The notes beneath the pieces are model-generated. The model saw only the letters and a program-made list of their open reading frames with translations, did not search any database and was not told where the DNA came from. Positions 61,913-64,000 of a DNA stretch of 64,000 bases are shown piece after piece. Numbering within the stretch: position 1 is the first letter of the stretch; each line of letters opens with the position of its first letter. Where the stretch lies: assembly GCA_000004985.1 (NCBI GenBank), contig GG738878.1; one strand, written 5' to 3'. Source of the stretch: Naegleria gruberi (taxonomy: Eukaryota). The translations under genes were made by a program, and so were the position numbers.

Positions 61913-64000
61913 ATGAATCAACAACAACAACAACATTTTGTACATGCTGCTACTTCCTCCTTTTCTAATTATCCATCCCAACAACAACAACAATCACTAA
62001 TGCGAACTCCATCATATCAATACCAAAATATTCCATCATCAGATTTAAATCAAATACCAATTCAACATCAACACTACACTACTCAGAGTAATAACACTAA
62101 TAATATATATTCTAACAATAGTAATAACATAATACAACCAACAACAAATAATGTTTTTGATTATAACACTCCACCACTAAAATCACATTTACATTCTACA
62201 GGGGGATCCAATAATTCTTCATATTTTCAAAATTCTCAATACAATAATTTTGGTCAACCACAACAATCTATGCACAATTACCATCATTATGGAGGAACAA
62301 CTAGTTATAAATCACCAACACACAATAATTCATCAGGGTTTAGTGTTCATCCCTCTCAAGACTTGTCATTCAAACAACAAGAAACATTTTCCAAACACCT
62401 AAATAATAATCAATCTCCAAATGTTGTACACAATTACTATCCTACTGCAACTGTTACACCTCAAACTTCTAAAATTTCTCTTGATAATTCTCCTAAACAA
62501 CATAGTCAACCAACAAAGGCCTCCAACAGATTCAGTGACAACTTCCTATCAATCACCTTCAACCGCCTTTACTCCAACAGAACTATCGAAAACCAAATCA
62601 CCTTCCAAAACTCCAACAAACTCCACTGAATCCAATGAAGACTCTGCAAGTGAGGAAGAATCTACTAATTCACCAAATGCAAGAAGAGCAAAGAAATCCA
62701 CACGTGCTTGTGAAGCCTGTAGAAGACATCACCGTAAATGTGACGGAGGTAGTCCTTGTCAAACTTGTAGTGGGAAGGGGATTAGTTGTGTATATACCGA
62801 AAGAAAAAAGAGAGGTCCAAAGAATGAGGCAACCAAACTTTTAAAGAAAGAAATTGAGGAACTCAAAGAAAAGCTTATGGTGAGTGAAAGAATGAAATGT
62901 GAATGGGAACAAAAATGTAAAGAATTGGCCAAAATGGCAGGTATTTCGATAACACTGAACGATCAGAATATGCCTATGTTTAGTAATTTACAAAACGATC
63001 AAAATAGTAATACTATGGCCTTCTCCAATACTCAGCAAACAACCATGCAGAGTAATGATCAAAGTTATCCTATTATATTCGATAGCAGTGGAGCTGTTGA
63101 TAATTCAAATCCTCTTTCCACAATTCCAGTCTTCTCAATTTCACTCTCTAATGAAGAGGAAAATAATAAGAAACGAAAGAGCGTAGAGAATAATCTTGAA
63201 AATCTGAAAAAGCAAAAATTTGACACCACTAACAGTAGTACAGAAATTGAACATTTGGATTTGTCACAGAAAAATACAGATCCCATTCCAACGGATGGTC
63301 AGAGGTTTGCCCTCTCTACAATGGTTACTCGTTTCATTAATATTTGGGATAAATTTGTCCATCCATTCCATTCCTTACTCCCTCCAAAATGGCAATCAGC
63401 AATGCCAGATCTTCTCTATGATATCATTAGAAATGATGGTGTCAACTCTGAAAATACCTTCTTCATGTACAGTTTATTATGTAATTCTGCTCGTTCTCTA
63501 GGAGATATCATGCTAAGTAGAGATTTGCACCATAAAGCAATGACATTGTACCCTCTTCATATGAACAACCCAGATCCTCGTGTAGGGTTTGCCTTGGTGC
63601 TTCTCTCCTATTACTCAATGTCTGTTGGTAGTTTGAGAAAGGCAATTGCTTATTGTAAGGATGCTCTTCGTATCTCTGAGGTGTTAGACAAACCACAACT
63701 CAATCTTCAAATGAACGCCTTCCTCTCTATTGCATCCATTTCAGATGACTATGAAGAAAGAAAAGTGAACTTTAGGCGACTGGGACAAACTAAACAAATT
63801 TGTGATGTAATCATGTCTGTCACGGGTGAAGTTCAAAATGAAATTACACACGGTGGTAATACCAATTATAAGGAATTGATTGCACAAATGGCTGACTTGC
63901 TTCGTCTCAAGAATATGTCCTCTTCTAATGTTACCTTAATGCATGAAATTGCCATTTATGGTATTTTAATATTGTGTCTTCATAAGGCAGGATACAGAGA
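61913..64000 (+). CDS. Zn(II)2Cys6 binuclear-cluster (Gal4-type) transcription factor with Q/N-rich N-terminus, coiled-coil linker and fungal-TF-like middle-homology region; partial (runs off the 3' window edge); frame change near 62505-62530
   Basis: The zinc cluster at 62703-62790 is RACEACRRHHRKCDGGSPCQTCSGKGISCVY, with spacing C-x2-C-x6-C-x5-C-x2-C-x6-C. It is followed by the basic linker ERKKRGPK and the coiled coil LLKKEIEELKEKLMVSERMKCEWEQKCKEL. The same frame then stays open to position 64000 (..FALSTMVTRFINIWDKFVHPFHSLLPPKWQ..). The upstream poly-Q/N ORF (61913..62629) is in another frame; see findings. Confidence 0.7.

Noticed and set aside
62421-62520. Alternative start of the Zn2Cys6 gene at Met 62421 (MLYTITILLQLLHLKLLKFLLIILLNN...)
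   Set aside because: The translated leader is an implausible hydrophobic, Leu-rich string. The out-of-frame upstream ORF gives a typical Q/N/S/T-rich activation-domain-like N-terminus, so a frame change is more likely than an independent start.
63065-63696. ORFs 63065..63286(-), 63220..63501(+), 63508..63696(-)
   Set aside because: They are inside the long open frame of the Zn2Cys6 transcription factor, whose reading frame is continuous and carries the fungal-TF middle-homology region.
1-64000. CRISPR arrays, rRNA genes, IS/transposon termini, prophage-like blocks
   Set aside because: None seen. The window is clearly eukaryotic (spliceosomal introns, F-box/WD40/PPR/EF-hand gene content). 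The only long repeats are the intragenic PPR units and the short 27-nt direct repeat.

Overview
This is AT-rich eukaryotic nuclear DNA (about one-third GC, judged by eye). It is gene-dense, with about 30 protein-coding genes on both strands. Most genes are single-exon or have a few very short spliceosomal introns of roughly 43-100 nt. Nearly all introns show a strong GTAAGT/GTATGT/GTAGGT donor and a (T/A)AG acceptor. Homopolymeric Q/N/H/S/T runs are common. Several features occur together: a DYW-type PPR protein, a CBL-like Ca2+ sensor next to a CIPK-like kinase with a NAF motif, a DUF4116 repeat protein, a Zn2Cys6 factor, short GTAAGT introns and low GC. This combination is most consistent with a free-living heterolobosean amoeboflagellate (Naegleria-like). 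That is inference only; no search was possible. No rRNA, tRNA, CRISPR array or recognisable transposon was seen. Gene models were built by reading the supplied ORFs and joining them across introns whose splice signals and reading phase I checked by hand. Product calls come from recognisable motifs and are not database hits. The most unusual loci are five. (1) A 13-exon collagen-like (Gly-X-Y) gene at 42785-46430 (-) with three 9-nt and two 18-nt micro-exons. (2) A Ca2+-sensor/CIPK-kinase gene pair at 57688-60508 (-). (3) A PPR-DYW gene at 6690-11038 built from near-identical 312-bp tandem units and carrying a frame break. (4) An F-box protein fused to a multi-pass membrane domain at 30808-32828 (+). 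(5) A beta-helix ectodomain fused to about 10 transmembrane helices at 22555-25656 (+).
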